Part shown: positions 35,742-44,819 of the stretch, piece by piece
Layout: the number at the start of each line of letters is the position of its first letter
How positions within the stretch are numbered: position 1 is the stretch's first letter
The notes under the pieces: generated by a model
The model's database searches: none
What the model saw: the letters and a program-made list of their open reading frames with translations, nothing else
What the model was told of the DNA's origin: nothing
Assembly: GCA_040752415.1 (NCBI GenBank)
Contig: JBFMGU010000006.1
Location: 7,779 to 71,778 of the forward strand
Direction: 5' to 3'
DNA from: Myxococcota bacterium
GTDB taxonomy: Bacteria > Myxococcota > JACRCW01
DNA: 64,000 nucleotides
Program-made: the position numbers and the translations under genes

Positions 35742-37222
35742 CCACCGCCACCGCGCCCACGCCGCCTCCGTCGCCACCCACGCGTGCACCGGCGCTTGAA
35801 GCGCAGCTGCGCGAGGAAGCGGTGTTCGGTCGACTGCCGCTGCTGCGTGAGGAACGCGAGTATTCCACGCGCGGCATCCTGGCCACCGGTTTCTCCTACG
35901 CGGTGGCGGCGTGGTGTTTCCTCATCGGCGGATTCGCGGCCACCTACGTCGACGCCATCCAGGGCATGGTCACCTTGATTGCCGGCTCGGTGATTGGTGT
36001 GGCGCTCTCGTCGGCGGCGGCGGCCATGGCATGCAACCGCTACGGGCTCGAGCAGATCGACTACACCAAGACCGCGTTCGGCCAACACGGCGCCAAGCTG
36101 GTGCTGATCTTCTACGTCGTCAACCAGGTGGGCTGGACGGGAATGATCCTGGTGATGTTCGGCCGCGGTGTCATGAACGTGGCGCAAGCTTTCGGCTTCC
36201 AGGGCGGTGAGAGCCTGGTGCGCGTGGCGGTGGTGCTCGGCCTGCTCGCGGCGTACGTCGTGGTGGTGCGCGGCGTGCACGTGCTCAACGTGTTCAACGC
36301 GGTGATCACGCCGGGCCTGCTGCTGGCCACCGCGTTCCTCTTCTACGCCATCTGCCGCGACGGCGGCTGGCAGACCGTCCTCGACGCCACGCCCATCCAG
36401 CCCACCGGCGAGCGCGCGCTGGACAACATCATCGCCTTCGAGCTGGGGCTGGGCGCGGGATTCTCGTGGTGGCCGGGCATCGGCTTCTTGGCGCGCAACA
36501 CCGACACACAACGCAACAGCGTCTACCCGCAGATCCTGACCATGGGGCTGGGCATGGGTGTGGTGTGTTGCACGGGGCTGTTCGCGGGACTCGCCTTCCA
36601 GGCCAGCGACCCGACGGAGTGGCTCATCCAGGCGGGTGGTCGCGGCATGGGCACCGCGGTGCTGGTCCTCCTGGGCGTGGCCAATCTCTCCGCCAGCGCC
36701 ATCATGATGTACACCGCCGCGCTCGGCCTTAGACACGTGCGCGTGCTGCGCGCCCTGCCCTGGAAGCTCCTCGTCGCGCTGGCCTTCCTCCCCGTGCTGG
36801 CCTACGCCGTGGCGCCGGAGCTGCTCTACGAGAAGGGCAACGCCTTCCTCACCTACAACGCCACGATGTTCGCCCCCATCTCGGGCATCCTGCTCGTGGA
36901 CTACTTCCCGCTCCGTCGGGAGCGCATCAACGTTTCCCAGGTCTTCGAGGATCATCCCTCGGGTCACTACTGGTTCACGCGCGGCTTCAACGTCGTGGCG
37001 CTGGTGGCCATGCTGGTGGGCCAGGTCCTCTACGTGTGGCTGCTCAACCCGGTGAGCCTGGAGACCCACGGCCCGGTGCGCAGCACCACCGCGTCGGCGC
37101 CGGCGTTCCTGGTGCCCACGCTGTTCTACGCCGTGGCGACCTGGGCCTGGGGCACCCGGCGCGGCCTGGGCGGCTACGGCGCTCCCACCGAGGCGCTCCC
37201 GCTCAAGCAGCCCAACCTCTGA
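35738..37222 (+). CDS. NCS1 family nucleobase/allantoin/cytosine-type cation symporter
   Basis: 494 aa with ~12 TM helices. The N-terminal cytoplasmic REEREYSTRGILATGFSYAVAAW block is typical of NCS1. The table ORF starts 18 codons earlier at a GTG. Confidence 0.85.
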   Translation: MTTATAPTPPPSPPTRAPALEAQLREEAVFGRLPLLREEREYSTRGILATGFSYAVAAWCFLIGGFAATYVDAIQGMVTLIAGSVIGVALSSAAAAMACNRYGLEQIDYTKTAFGQHGAKLVLIFYVVNQVGWTGMILVMFGRGVMNVAQAFGFQGGESLVRVAVVLGLLAAYVVVVRGVHVLNVFNAVITPGLLLATAFLFYAICRDGGWQTVLDATPIQPTGERALDNIIAFELGLGAGFSWWPGIGFLARNTDTQRNSVYPQILTMGLGMGVVCCTGLFAGLAFQASDPTEWLIQAGGRGMGTAVLVLLGVANLSASAIMMYTAALGLRHVRVLRALPWKLLVALAFLPVLAYAVAPELLYEKGNAFLTYNATMFAPISGILLVDYFPLRRERINVSQVFEDHPSGHYWFTRGFNVVALVAMLVGQVLYVWLLNPVSLETHGPVRSTTASAPAFLVPTLFYAVATWAWGTRRGLGGYGAPTEALPLKQPNL

Positions 37223-37424
37223 GGCTCCGGCGTCATCACGCGCTGCGTCATCCCCACCTCGTCGACGGGATGGGACAGGGGTGGGCGCAGGATTTGCCCG
37301 GGGTCACGCGGGGCTGTCCCTTCATCACGGGGTGAAGTAGGGGTGCCGCCCTCGTCCCAGCGCCGGTCCATGACAGAACCATGACCAACGGCGTGCTCCA
37401 TTCGGGGCGACCTGGAGGAGCCTC

Positions 37425-38285
37425 GTGGCGCGTCTTTCGTCTTTTGTTCGCATGGTGATCGGGCTGGCCTACCTGGCCCTGCTGGTGGCCGCGTTCATGG
37501 CGGTGTGTGTGGTGCTGCTGCCCTCGCGAACGGCGCGCATCAAGGTCTGCAACCTGTTTGGGCACGTCACCGGGCGCATCCTGCTGTGGCTGTGCGGCGC
37601 GCGCGTGACCGAGAACGTGCCGGCACTGATGAAGGCGCACAAGCCAGCGCTGTACCTCTCCAACCACAGCTCCATCCTGGACATCTTCATCGCCATCTGG
37701 TCGTGCCCGGTGGGGACGTGCGGCGTGGCCAAGAAGGAGATCGTCAAGTACCCGTTCTTCGGCCAGCTCTACTGGATCAGCGGTCACCTGCGGCTGGACC
37801 GCAGCAATCACCAGAGCGCAGTGACGGCGTTGAATGAGACGGCGGAGATGGTGCGTCGCAACAAGCTGGGCGTGTGGATGTGGCCGGAGGGGACGCGCTC
37901 CAAGGATGGTCGCCTCTTGCCGCTCAAGCGCGGCTTTGCGCACCTGGCCATGGTGACGCGCCTGCCCATTGTGCCGGTGGTGGTGAAGGGCGCGCACAAG
38001 GGCTGGGAGAAGAACACGCTGCTCATCCAGCCCACCAACGTGGAGATCTCCGTGCTGGACCCCATCTCCACCGAGGACTGGACGGCCGAGAACCTCGACG
38101 AGAAGGTGGCCATGGTGCAGCGCATCTTCAACGACGCGATGCCCGAGGACCAGAAGATGATCCCCCTCAGCGACGAGAAGCAGGCGCGTCGGGCCAAGGC
38201 CATGGCGCGTCTCAGCCGGCTCTCCGCCGCCGCTTCCCAGCCGCCCGCGGCGTCGCCCGCCGAGCCCACCACCGTCACGGCCTGA
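37425..38285 (+). CDS. plsC: 1-acyl-sn-glycerol-3-phosphate acyltransferase
   Basis: N-terminal TM. The H(X)4D motif is NHSSILD, and the block FPEGTRS appears as MWPEGTRS. Confidence 0.85.
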   Translation: MARLSSFVRMVIGLAYLALLVAAFMAVCVVLLPSRTARIKVCNLFGHVTGRILLWLCGARVTENVPALMKAHKPALYLSNHSSILDIFIAIWSCPVGTCGVAKKEIVKYPFFGQLYWISGHLRLDRSNHQSAVTALNETAEMVRRNKLGVWMWPEGTRSKDGRLLPLKRGFAHLAMVTRLPIVPVVVKGAHKGWEKNTLLIQPTNVEISVLDPISTEDWTAENLDEKVAMVQRIFNDAMPEDQKMIPLSDEKQARRAKAMARLSRLSAAASQPPAASPAEPTTVTA

Positions 38286-38330
38286 GCATTCCTCTTTCGC
38301 CATTCCGCAACCATCACCGCGCACCGGGGT

Positions 38331-39143
38331 GTGCAAGGTGGCGTCATGCCTGACGTCGTGAACCGGGGGGTTCGCATCCATTACGACGTGCAGGGCACCG
38401 GTCCCACGGTGTTGCTGCTGGCCGGCCTGGGCTACGGCGGCTGGTACTGGCGTCACGTGCGCGCGCGTCTGTCGCCCCATTGCACCGTCGTCACGGTGGA
38501 CAACCGCGGCTCCGACGGCTCCGACAAGCCCGCCGGTCCCTACACCACCGCGCTGCTGGCCGAGGACGCCGCGGCGGTGCTGGACGTGTTGGGCCGTCTC
38601 TCGACGACGGTGGTGGGGCACTCGCTGGGTGGGCTGATTGCGCAGGAGCTGGCGCTGGCGCGGCCGGACCTGGTGGGCAGGCTGGTGTTGATGTCGACGC
38701 ATCACGGCGGGTGGCAGGCCATTCCGGTCACGCCCGCGGCGTTGGCGGTGATGCTGGACCGCAGTGGGAGCGCGCAGGAGGTGTTCCAGCGCGGCATGGC
38801 GGTGGCCACCGCGCCGGGTTTCTCGACGTCACACCCGGAGCTGGTGGAGGAGCTGCGGGCCTACCGCGCCGGCGGGCCGGTCCCCGCGTCCGCGTACACC
38901 GCGCAGCTGATGGCGGGCGCTGGCCACGACGCCGCGAGCCGGCTCTCACGCATCAGCTGTGACGTGCTGGTCCTCGCCGGCGCGTTGGACCAGGTGGTGC
39001 CGGTGGGAAACGTGGAGCTGCTGCGCAAGCGGATGCCGCACGCGGTGACCCACGTCTTTCCGCGCGCAGGCCACCTGCTGGGCTGGGAGGAAATCGACGA
39101 CGTCAGCGACCAGATCCTGCGCTGGGTCCGCGCGGCGTCGTGA
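38331..39143 (+). CDS. alpha/beta hydrolase
   Basis: The nucleophile elbow is GHSLGG, and LLLAGLGYGGWYW is present. An alternative start is at 38346. The first ~100 codons are duplicated as a decayed copy at 40529..40842. Confidence 0.8.
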   Translation: MQGGVMPDVVNRGVRIHYDVQGTGPTVLLLAGLGYGGWYWRHVRARLSPHCTVVTVDNRGSDGSDKPAGPYTTALLAEDAAAVLDVLGRLSTTVVGHSLGGLIAQELALARPDLVGRLVLMSTHHGGWQAIPVTPAALAVMLDRSGSAQEVFQRGMAVATAPGFSTSHPELVEELRAYRAGGPVPASAYTAQLMAGAGHDAASRLSRISCDVLVLAGALDQVVPVGNVELLRKRMPHAVTHVFPRAGHLLGWEEIDDVSDQILRWVRAAS

Positions 39144-39287
39144 GCGCGTGCATCACGGTGCCACGGACATGGTGCTCAGCGACGGTAGCTGATGGGCATT
39201 GGTTGTCGCTGCGCGCGTCCATGGGCCGTGGCGCAGTCATTCTTGCCTGCGATTCCGCGTGCAAGGGCCATCACTTTCGCGGGTTGT

Positions 39288-39336
39288 CACCACGCGCGCA
39301 CGCCCGGGATGGGAATCCGCAGGGGCAGGGTCCTCT
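39288..39336. repeat. 49-bp repeat copy (ccacgcgcgcacgcccgggatgggaatccgcaggggcagggtcctctgg). The second copy at 41084..41132 forms the 3' end of the rhodanese-like gene
   Basis: The two copies are 47/49 bp identical. Together with the hydrolase fragment they form a degenerate direct duplication bracketing the ArsR-SRPBCC module. Confidence 0.75.
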
Positions 39337-39557
39337 GGGCGTTCACCGCGCCCGGGATGTGGAATTCGTAGGTAATGTAAAACAGGGGTGGACTCGGTCT
39401 CACCCAGGACGAGCGCGGATTGCCAGGACGTGTGCCGCAGCGAACGCGGACATGCAGCGCAAGTGTTGCGGGATCTTCGCTCCGGAGAACGCGCGTGACG
39501 ACGGGTACAGCGTGGCACGTGCTCCACCGCGACGCCGGCGCACGCGTTGCTGCGCGG

Positions 39558-40067
39558 TCACCCTTGCTTGAGGGATTCCACCACGGCGGAGAGTTGGACC
39601 ATGGATTCCCGCATCCCTTCTTCCATGCCCGTGGCAATGACCTGGTCCCGCACTTCCTTGGACGGATAAGTGGAACGGGACGTCATGGTGGTCCTTCCGC
39701 CGTTCTCCGTCAAAGTCACCGTCACGGTGGCGGCCGCGTCCGGGAACGGGTCGAAGATTTCGGTGTTCACCACGCGGTGCGGCGCGTCGATCTCCAGGTA
39801 CTTCCCGTGGAAGCCCACGTCCATCCCGTCGTGGGTGCGCATGGCAAAGCGCCAGCTACCGCCCACGCGGAAATCGATCTTGCATTCCGTCATCTTTCCC
39901 TTGGACGCGGGCGACCACCACTTGCTCACAAGCTCCGGCTCATTCATCGCGCGGAAAACCAGGCGCAGGGGCGCGTTGAAGCTGCGCGTGATGAGAATCT
40001 CCCGATCCGCGGGGAGCTCCAGCGTGGTGCTGTCATTGACGGAATCTTGAGCGGTTCTTGCTTGCAT
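39558..40067 (-). CDS. SRPBCC-superfamily protein (Aha1/activator-of-Hsp90-ATPase-like)
   Basis: It has ITRSFNAPLRLVFRAMNEPELVSKWW and F.GKYLEIDAPHR, typical of the AHSA1/SRPBCC domain. GC3 is visibly lower than in neighbouring genes. Confidence 0.75.
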   Translation of the reverse strand: MQARTAQDSVNDSTTLELPADREILITRSFNAPLRLVFRAMNEPELVSKWWSPASKGKMTECKIDFRVGGSWRFAMRTHDGMDVGFHGKYLEIDAPHRVVNTEIFDPFPDAAATVTVTLTENGGRTTMTSRSTYPSKEVRDQVIATGMEEGMRESMVQLSAVVESLKQG

Positions 40068-40449
40068 GGCTTTTCCTCTCCTTGTTGTGGGTGTGCCGAC
40101 CGGAGTGGCCGGACGTGGCTTTGCCGACGGCGCCCGACTCGGAGCGCTTCAGCTCCTCCAGCACCTCATCCATCTGTGTGAAGCGTTCTTCCCAGAGCTG
40201 GCGGTACCGCTCCGTCCACGCGTGCAACTCACGGATGGGCGCAGGGCGAAGCTCATACACGCGCTGCTGCGCATGCGGTTGCATGTCCACCAGGCCCGCT
40301 TCCTTGAGCACCTTCAAATGCTTGGAGACTTGCGGCTGACGGATGTTGAGCTGGTCCCCAATCTCCCCCACGGGGCGGGCTCCGCTCAGGAGCAGCTCGA
40401 CAATGCGGAAGCGGTTGGGCTCGGCCAGGGCCGCGAAGGTGGCGTGCAT
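40033..40449 (-). CDS. ArsR/SmtB family transcriptional regulator
   Basis: Starting at ATG 40449 gives MHATFAALAEPNRFRIVELLLSGARPVGEIGDQLNIRQPQVSKHLKVLKEAGLV, a winged HTH. Its 3' end overlaps the SRPBCC gene start by ~35 bp. Confidence 0.8.
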   Translation of the reverse strand: MHATFAALAEPNRFRIVELLLSGARPVGEIGDQLNIRQPQVSKHLKVLKEAGLVDMQPHAQQRVYELRPAPIRELHAWTERYRQLWEERFTQMDEVLEELKRSESGAVGKATSGHSGRHTHNKERKSHASKNRSRFRQ

Positions 40450-40528
40450 GGTCAATATATTCTCCATTACGAATAGTCGTGTCAAGGAATATTTACGGGC
40501 AACGCCCGCCGCTGCGGAGACAGAGCAG

Positions 40529-40842
40529 CGCGTCGATGTTGACTACGACGTGGAGGGCACCGGTCCCACGGTGTTGCTGCTGGCCGGCCTGGGCTACGGC
40601 GGCTGGTACTGGCGTCACGTACGCGCGCGGCTGTTGCCGCACTGCTCCGTCGTCACCGTGGACAACTGCGGCTCCGACGGCTCCGAGAAGCCCGCCGGTC
40701 CCTACACCACCGCGCTGCTGGCCGAGGACCCGGCGGCGGTGCTGGACGCGCTGGGACGTTTCTCGACGACGGTGGTGGGGCGCTCGCTGGGCGGACTGAT
40801 TGCGCAGGAGTTGGCCGTGGCGCCGTCGGACCTCGTCGGCTG
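40529..40842 (+). pseudogene. truncated, degenerate copy of the N-terminal ~105 codons of alpha/beta hydrolase 38331..39143
   Basis: ~92% nucleotide identity to 38384..38683. The GHSLGG elbow is changed to GRSLGG, NRGSD is changed to NCGSD, and the frame runs into unrelated sequence (..CGSQTRMSAPQLES) with no hydrolase C-terminus. Confidence 0.65.
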
Positions 40843-41072
40843 CGGCTCGCAGACAAGAATGTCCGCGCCACAGCTTGAGAGCCAATGGAGCTCCCGCCGA
40901 CGACCCCCGTGAAGTCGCTGGGCGCCGCAAGAGGTCCGTGGCGCGGACATTTCTGCCTGCGATCCGCGGCGACGCGGCTCACCGTCAGCCTGCAGCCTCG
41001 TTGGGCGATCGTTGGACGGGGTGCGGTATCGACGAGGACTTCGATCCAGTCGTTTCTCTCCGCGCCGGCTCC

Positions 41073-42020
41073 CTACCACGCGCGCACGCCCGGAATGGGA
41101 ATCCGCAGAGGCAGGGTCCTCTGGTCGAAGAGTCTGCGCGTCTCGTCGCTGACCCACTCCTGCAATGAGCCCTCGAACATCCGCGTCTCGAACCCGAGGT
41201 AACGCGAGACGAAGTACAACCAGCTCGCATCCACGCCCGTGGTGGCGTACGGCACCATCACGTTCCTCCACTCCGCACCGGCGTCGCGGAACAGCTGTCG
41301 CAGCTCCTGCGGGCTCTTGAGATACGGCAGGTCCAGCGAGGTCACCGTGTCCTGCCAGAACACGTTCACCGCGCCGGGAATGTGGCCCGCGCGCGCCATG
41401 CCCTCGGACAGCACCGCACCCAGGTACTCGTCGGGGGAGCGCGCGTCGATGAAGCTGATGGCGGGCTCGAAGAGGCGGTCGGAGACCCAGGAGGCGTCGA
41501 CCATGCGCTCCAACTGGGGCATCACCGTCAGGTTGCCGTAGATACGCTCGGGCACGTCGGGAATGGCGGGGAGGCCCACGTCACGCCAGCCCGCCAGGCC
41601 GCCGTTGAGGATGGCCGTGCGCGCACCGTGGCCCATGAGGTCCAGCAGGAAGAACGCACGCGCCGCGGCATGGGGTGGTCCGTAAAGGATGATGCGCGCG
41701 CTGTCGTCGAGGCCCACGTAGCGGAACGCGGTCTCCAGGTCCTCGAACGCGGGGAAGCGTGGCAGCTGTCCCTCCACGGGGCGCATCAACGCCTCGAGAG
41801 AGAGGAAGCGCGCGCCGGGGATGTGCTCCTCGCGGTAGCTCGAGATGTCCTCGCCCACCTCGATGATCTTGACCGCGGGGTTCTCCAGGTTGTCGCGCAG
41901 CCAGTCCGCGCCGACGAGCAGGTCACCCTGCACCGGGGGCGGACGCGCCTGCATGACGTCGCCACACGCGGCGGACAGGAAGAACAGACAACCAGCGGAA
42001 AGTGCCTTGAGCCGTATCAT
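41073..42020 (-). CDS. two-domain rhodanese-like lipoprotein lacking the catalytic cysteine
   Basis: A lipobox (LFFLSAAC) is followed by tandem rhodanese folds (EEHIPGARFL ... AGHIPGAVNVFW). The loop where CxxGxR is expected reads VPYATTGVDAS, and the mature protein has no Cys. Its last 16 codons lie in the 49-bp repeat. Confidence 0.7.
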   Translation of the reverse strand: MIRLKALSAGCLFFLSAACGDVMQARPPPVQGDLLVGADWLRDNLENPAVKIIEVGEDISSYREEHIPGARFLSLEALMRPVEGQLPRFPAFEDLETAFRYVGLDDSARIILYGPPHAAARAFFLLDLMGHGARTAILNGGLAGWRDVGLPAIPDVPERIYGNLTVMPQLERMVDASWVSDRLFEPAISFIDARSPDEYLGAVLSEGMARAGHIPGAVNVFWQDTVTSLDLPYLKSPQELRQLFRDAGAEWRNVMVPYATTGVDASWLYFVSRYLGFETRMFEGSLQEWVSDETRRLFDQRTLPLRIPIPGVRAW

Positions 42021-42157
42021 GATGCCCTCGCCATCACGGGCGGCGGACCAGGTACGGTGATGAGCACACGGCAGCCGCCGCGCCCTGAGTGGGGATGTAG
42101 CCCCCGCTCCCCCGGCGGCAACAGCAGCGTGTCCGTGTCAGCGACGGAGCAGCGAGC

Positions 42158-44155
42158 TCACATGGCCTCGGGCGCGCGCACGCCCAGCAGCGCCAGGCCG
42201 CGCGCCAGCGTGTTGCGCACCGCGTCCATGAGGTGCAGGCGCGCGGCGCGCACGGGGTCGTTGGGATCCTCCAGCAGCACGCGCTTGCTGCGGTCCTGGT
42301 TGCCGCTGGTGAGGTAGCTGGCGGTGGCCTGCGCAATGTCCATGATGGCGCGCGTCACCAACGAGGGCTCGAACGACTCACACGCCTCCGCCACCACGTC
42401 GGGGAAACTGGCCAGCGCCAGGATCACCGCGCGCTCCTCCTCCAGCTTCAGCAGCGCCGTGTCCGCCGTGGCCGGAACGCCGCCACCCTTCTTGATGATG
42501 CTGCAGGCGCGCGCGTGGCTGAACTGGATGTACGGCCCGGAGAAGCCGTCAAAGTTGATGGCCTCCTCCAGCTTGAAGGTGTAGTCGCTCATGCGGAGGT
42601 TGCGCAGGTCACCAAACACCACCGCGCCCACGCCAATGGCCTCCACCGTCTCGTCGAGGTGGGAGCGGTCGATCTTCTCGGAGGCCTCGCAGATCTCGCG
42701 CGCCTTCTGCACCGCCTCGTCCAGCACCTCGTCCAGGAACACCACGTTGCCGCGGCGCGTGCTCATGCCGTGCACCCGGCCAAAGGCAATGTGCGAGATG
42801 CGCTCCGCCCAGGGGAAGCCCATGGCGCCCAGCGTGCGCTTGAGCTGGTCAAAGTGCAGCGACTGGTCCGCCGCCACGACGTACAGCGAGCGGTCGAAGT
42901 TGAAACGCTGGTGGCGGTCCATGGCCGCGGCGATGTCGCGCGTGACGTAGAGCGTGGTGCCGTCGCGGGTCTTGAGGATGACCGGCGGCTCGCCCTCCTT
43001 GTACGGGAGGTCCACCACGGTGGCGCCTTCGCTGATGCGGGTGCCGGGCTTCTCCGCCACGCGCTTGACGGTGTCCTCCAGCACGTGGGTGTAGAAGCTC
43101 TCACCTTCCAGCGCGTGGAACTGGATGCCCATGCGCTTGTACACGCGCTCGAACTCCGCCACCGACGTCTCGCGGTACTCCTTCCACTCGGCCAGCGCCT
43201 CCTTCTCACCCTCTTCGAGACGCTTGAGGAACAGGCGCGCCTCGCGGTCGCGCGCTTCCGCCTCGGGCAGCTCCGCTTCCGCCTTCTTCTTCTCGGCGTC
43301 CAGCTCGGCGTACCAGGCCTCCAGGCCCGTCAGCGGGTCCCCGCTCTCCATTCCCCGACGGGCGCGCAGCTTCTTCTCCAGGCCCTTCACCTTCCCTTCG
43401 GCACTCTTCTTGGCCTTGGGGTCGGTGGCCTTCTCCGCTTCCGCGCGCGCGGCGGTCAGCTCCGCCACCTGCTTGCGGACCTCCTCGGGCGCGGCAATGG
43501 CGGCCTTGCGACCTTCCACGTCGGCGTCGCGGTTGGCCTTCACGTACACCTCAACCAGGTGCTTGGCATCCGCGCGCCGCTTGGGGTCTCCGTAGCGACG
43601 GAAACCGGTGGCGAGCAGACCAAACTGCTTGCCCCAGTCGCCCAGGTAGTTGATGCCCACCACCTTCCATCCCTGCGCCGCGTGCAGGCGACCAATGGCC
43701 GCGCCAATCACCGTCGAGCGGATGTGGTGGAAGGCCAGCGGCTTGGCGATGTTGGGCGAGGAGAAATCGATCACCACCGTGCGACCACGTCCCGCCTCGG
43801 AGGTGCCGTAGTCGCCCTTGCGCGCCTCGGTGAGGACGGCGCCGGCCAGCGCGGCGGGAGCAATGTGCACGTTGACGTAGGGGCCCACCGCCTCCACGCG
43901 CGCCCAGCGTGCATCCTTGCCCGCCGCGTCGGCAACGCGCTTGGCCAGCTCGGGGGGCTGCAGCTTCAGCCGACGGGCGAGGTCGAACGCGGGCAACGCG
44001 AGGTCACCGCGGCCCGCCTCGGGGATGCGGATCTGCTTGAGGAGCGCCTCCAGCGCGGAGGCCTTGTCTGCGTCGGGAATGCCGGCCACGTCCACGGCGG
44101 TGCTGGCCAGGGCGTGACGGAAGGATGCCAGGGGAGATGCCATGATGCGGGGCAA
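42158..44155 (-). CDS. argS: arginine--tRNA ligase with a ~70-aa Lys/Glu/Ala-rich insertion
   Basis: It has a HIGH-like PLAFHHIRS block, a KMSK-like HGMSTRRGNV block and the C-terminal anticodon-binding DALK domain. An alternative ATG is at 44143. The insertion is ...AELTAARAEAEKATDPKAKKSAEGKVKGLEKKLRARR.... Confidence 0.92.
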   Translation of the reverse strand: MPRIMASPLASFRHALASTAVDVAGIPDADKASALEALLKQIRIPEAGRGDLALPAFDLARRLKLQPPELAKRVADAAGKDARWARVEAVGPYVNVHIAPAALAGAVLTEARKGDYGTSEAGRGRTVVIDFSSPNIAKPLAFHHIRSTVIGAAIGRLHAAQGWKVVGINYLGDWGKQFGLLATGFRRYGDPKRRADAKHLVEVYVKANRDADVEGRKAAIAAPEEVRKQVAELTAARAEAEKATDPKAKKSAEGKVKGLEKKLRARRGMESGDPLTGLEAWYAELDAEKKKAEAELPEAEARDREARLFLKRLEEGEKEALAEWKEYRETSVAEFERVYKRMGIQFHALEGESFYTHVLEDTVKRVAEKPGTRISEGATVVDLPYKEGEPPVILKTRDGTTLYVTRDIAAAMDRHQRFNFDRSLYVVAADQSLHFDQLKRTLGAMGFPWAERISHIAFGRVHGMSTRRGNVVFLDEVLDEAVQKAREICEASEKIDRSHLDETVEAIGVGAVVFGDLRNLRMSDYTFKLEEAINFDGFSGPYIQFSHARACSIIKKGGGVPATADTALLKLEEERAVILALASFPDVVAEACESFEPSLVTRAIMDIAQATASYLTSGNQDRSKRVLLEDPNDPVRAARLHLMDAVRNTLARGLALLGVRAPEAM

Positions 44156-44218
44156 GTAGAGGACAGCGGACGGTTTGGCAACGGGCTGGCGACGTCCCGG
44201 GGCCCGCTCGGCCGTGCG

Positions 44219-44764
44219 TCACCTCCGCGCCGCGGCAAGCGTGGCCTCCACCCACGACGTGACGTCGGCCAGCGCGTCCAACACCAGCATTCCCGTCGTG
44301 TTCCACGGCACCGACGTTGTTCCAGGCAGGTAGACCACCAGCGGCTTGGCGTAACGCCGTGCCAGCGCCACCTCGCTCGCGGTGCCCAGCCCGCCGGGCA
44401 GCGCCACGATGACGTCGGAGCTGAGCACGTTGATGTGGTTGCGGCTCATGGGTTCCATGCCCTGCGCGCCGCTGAGCGGGAGATGCGTGTGCAGCGCCAG
44501 CTCGACGTGCGGATGGGGATACCCCTCCCGCGGGTGGTGGCCATGCGCATCCACCTCGCCGGGAATGACGCCCAGACACAGGCCAGCGCGCGGCGTGACG
44601 GAACAGAAACCCCGGCTCACCGACGTCATCACGCCACAGCCACCGCCGGTCAGCAGGTGGTATCCCCGCGTGGCAATCCAGCGTCCCAGCGGCTCGGCCC
44701 AACTCGGGTGCTCGTCGGTGCCGGAGCCCATCACGCCCACCACGGGACGACGTCCGCTGCTCAT
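44219..44764 (-). CDS. LOG/TIGR00725-family Rossmann protein (lysine-decarboxylase-like, putative nucleotide phosphoribohydrolase)
   Basis: Starting at ATG 44764 gives MSSGRRPVVGVMGSG..., then LLTGGGCGVMTSVSRG and ALPGGLGTASE, the LOG signature blocks. ~181 aa. It lies 55 bp downstream of the H-NOX gene on the same strand. Confidence 0.7.
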   Translation of the reverse strand: MSSGRRPVVGVMGSGTDEHPSWAEPLGRWIATRGYHLLTGGGCGVMTSVSRGFCSVTPRAGLCLGVIPGEVDAHGHHPREGYPHPHVELALHTHLPLSGAQGMEPMSRNHINVLSSDVIVALPGGLGTASEVALARRYAKPLVVYLPGTTSVPWNTTGMLVLDALADVTSWVEATLAAARR

Positions 44765-44819
44765 GCGCGTGCTCCTCGTCGTGTGCGCATCCTGCTGCCG
44801 GACCCAACGGCGTTGCAAT

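Noticed and set aside
39287-39637. 116-aa minus ORF ending in QRTLPLRIPIPGVRAW, the same C-terminus as the rhodanese-like protein
   Set aside because: Only the last 16 codons are shared, through the 49-bp repeat. The rest has no rhodanese similarity and no start context. I interpret it as a duplicated gene-end remnant, not a gene.
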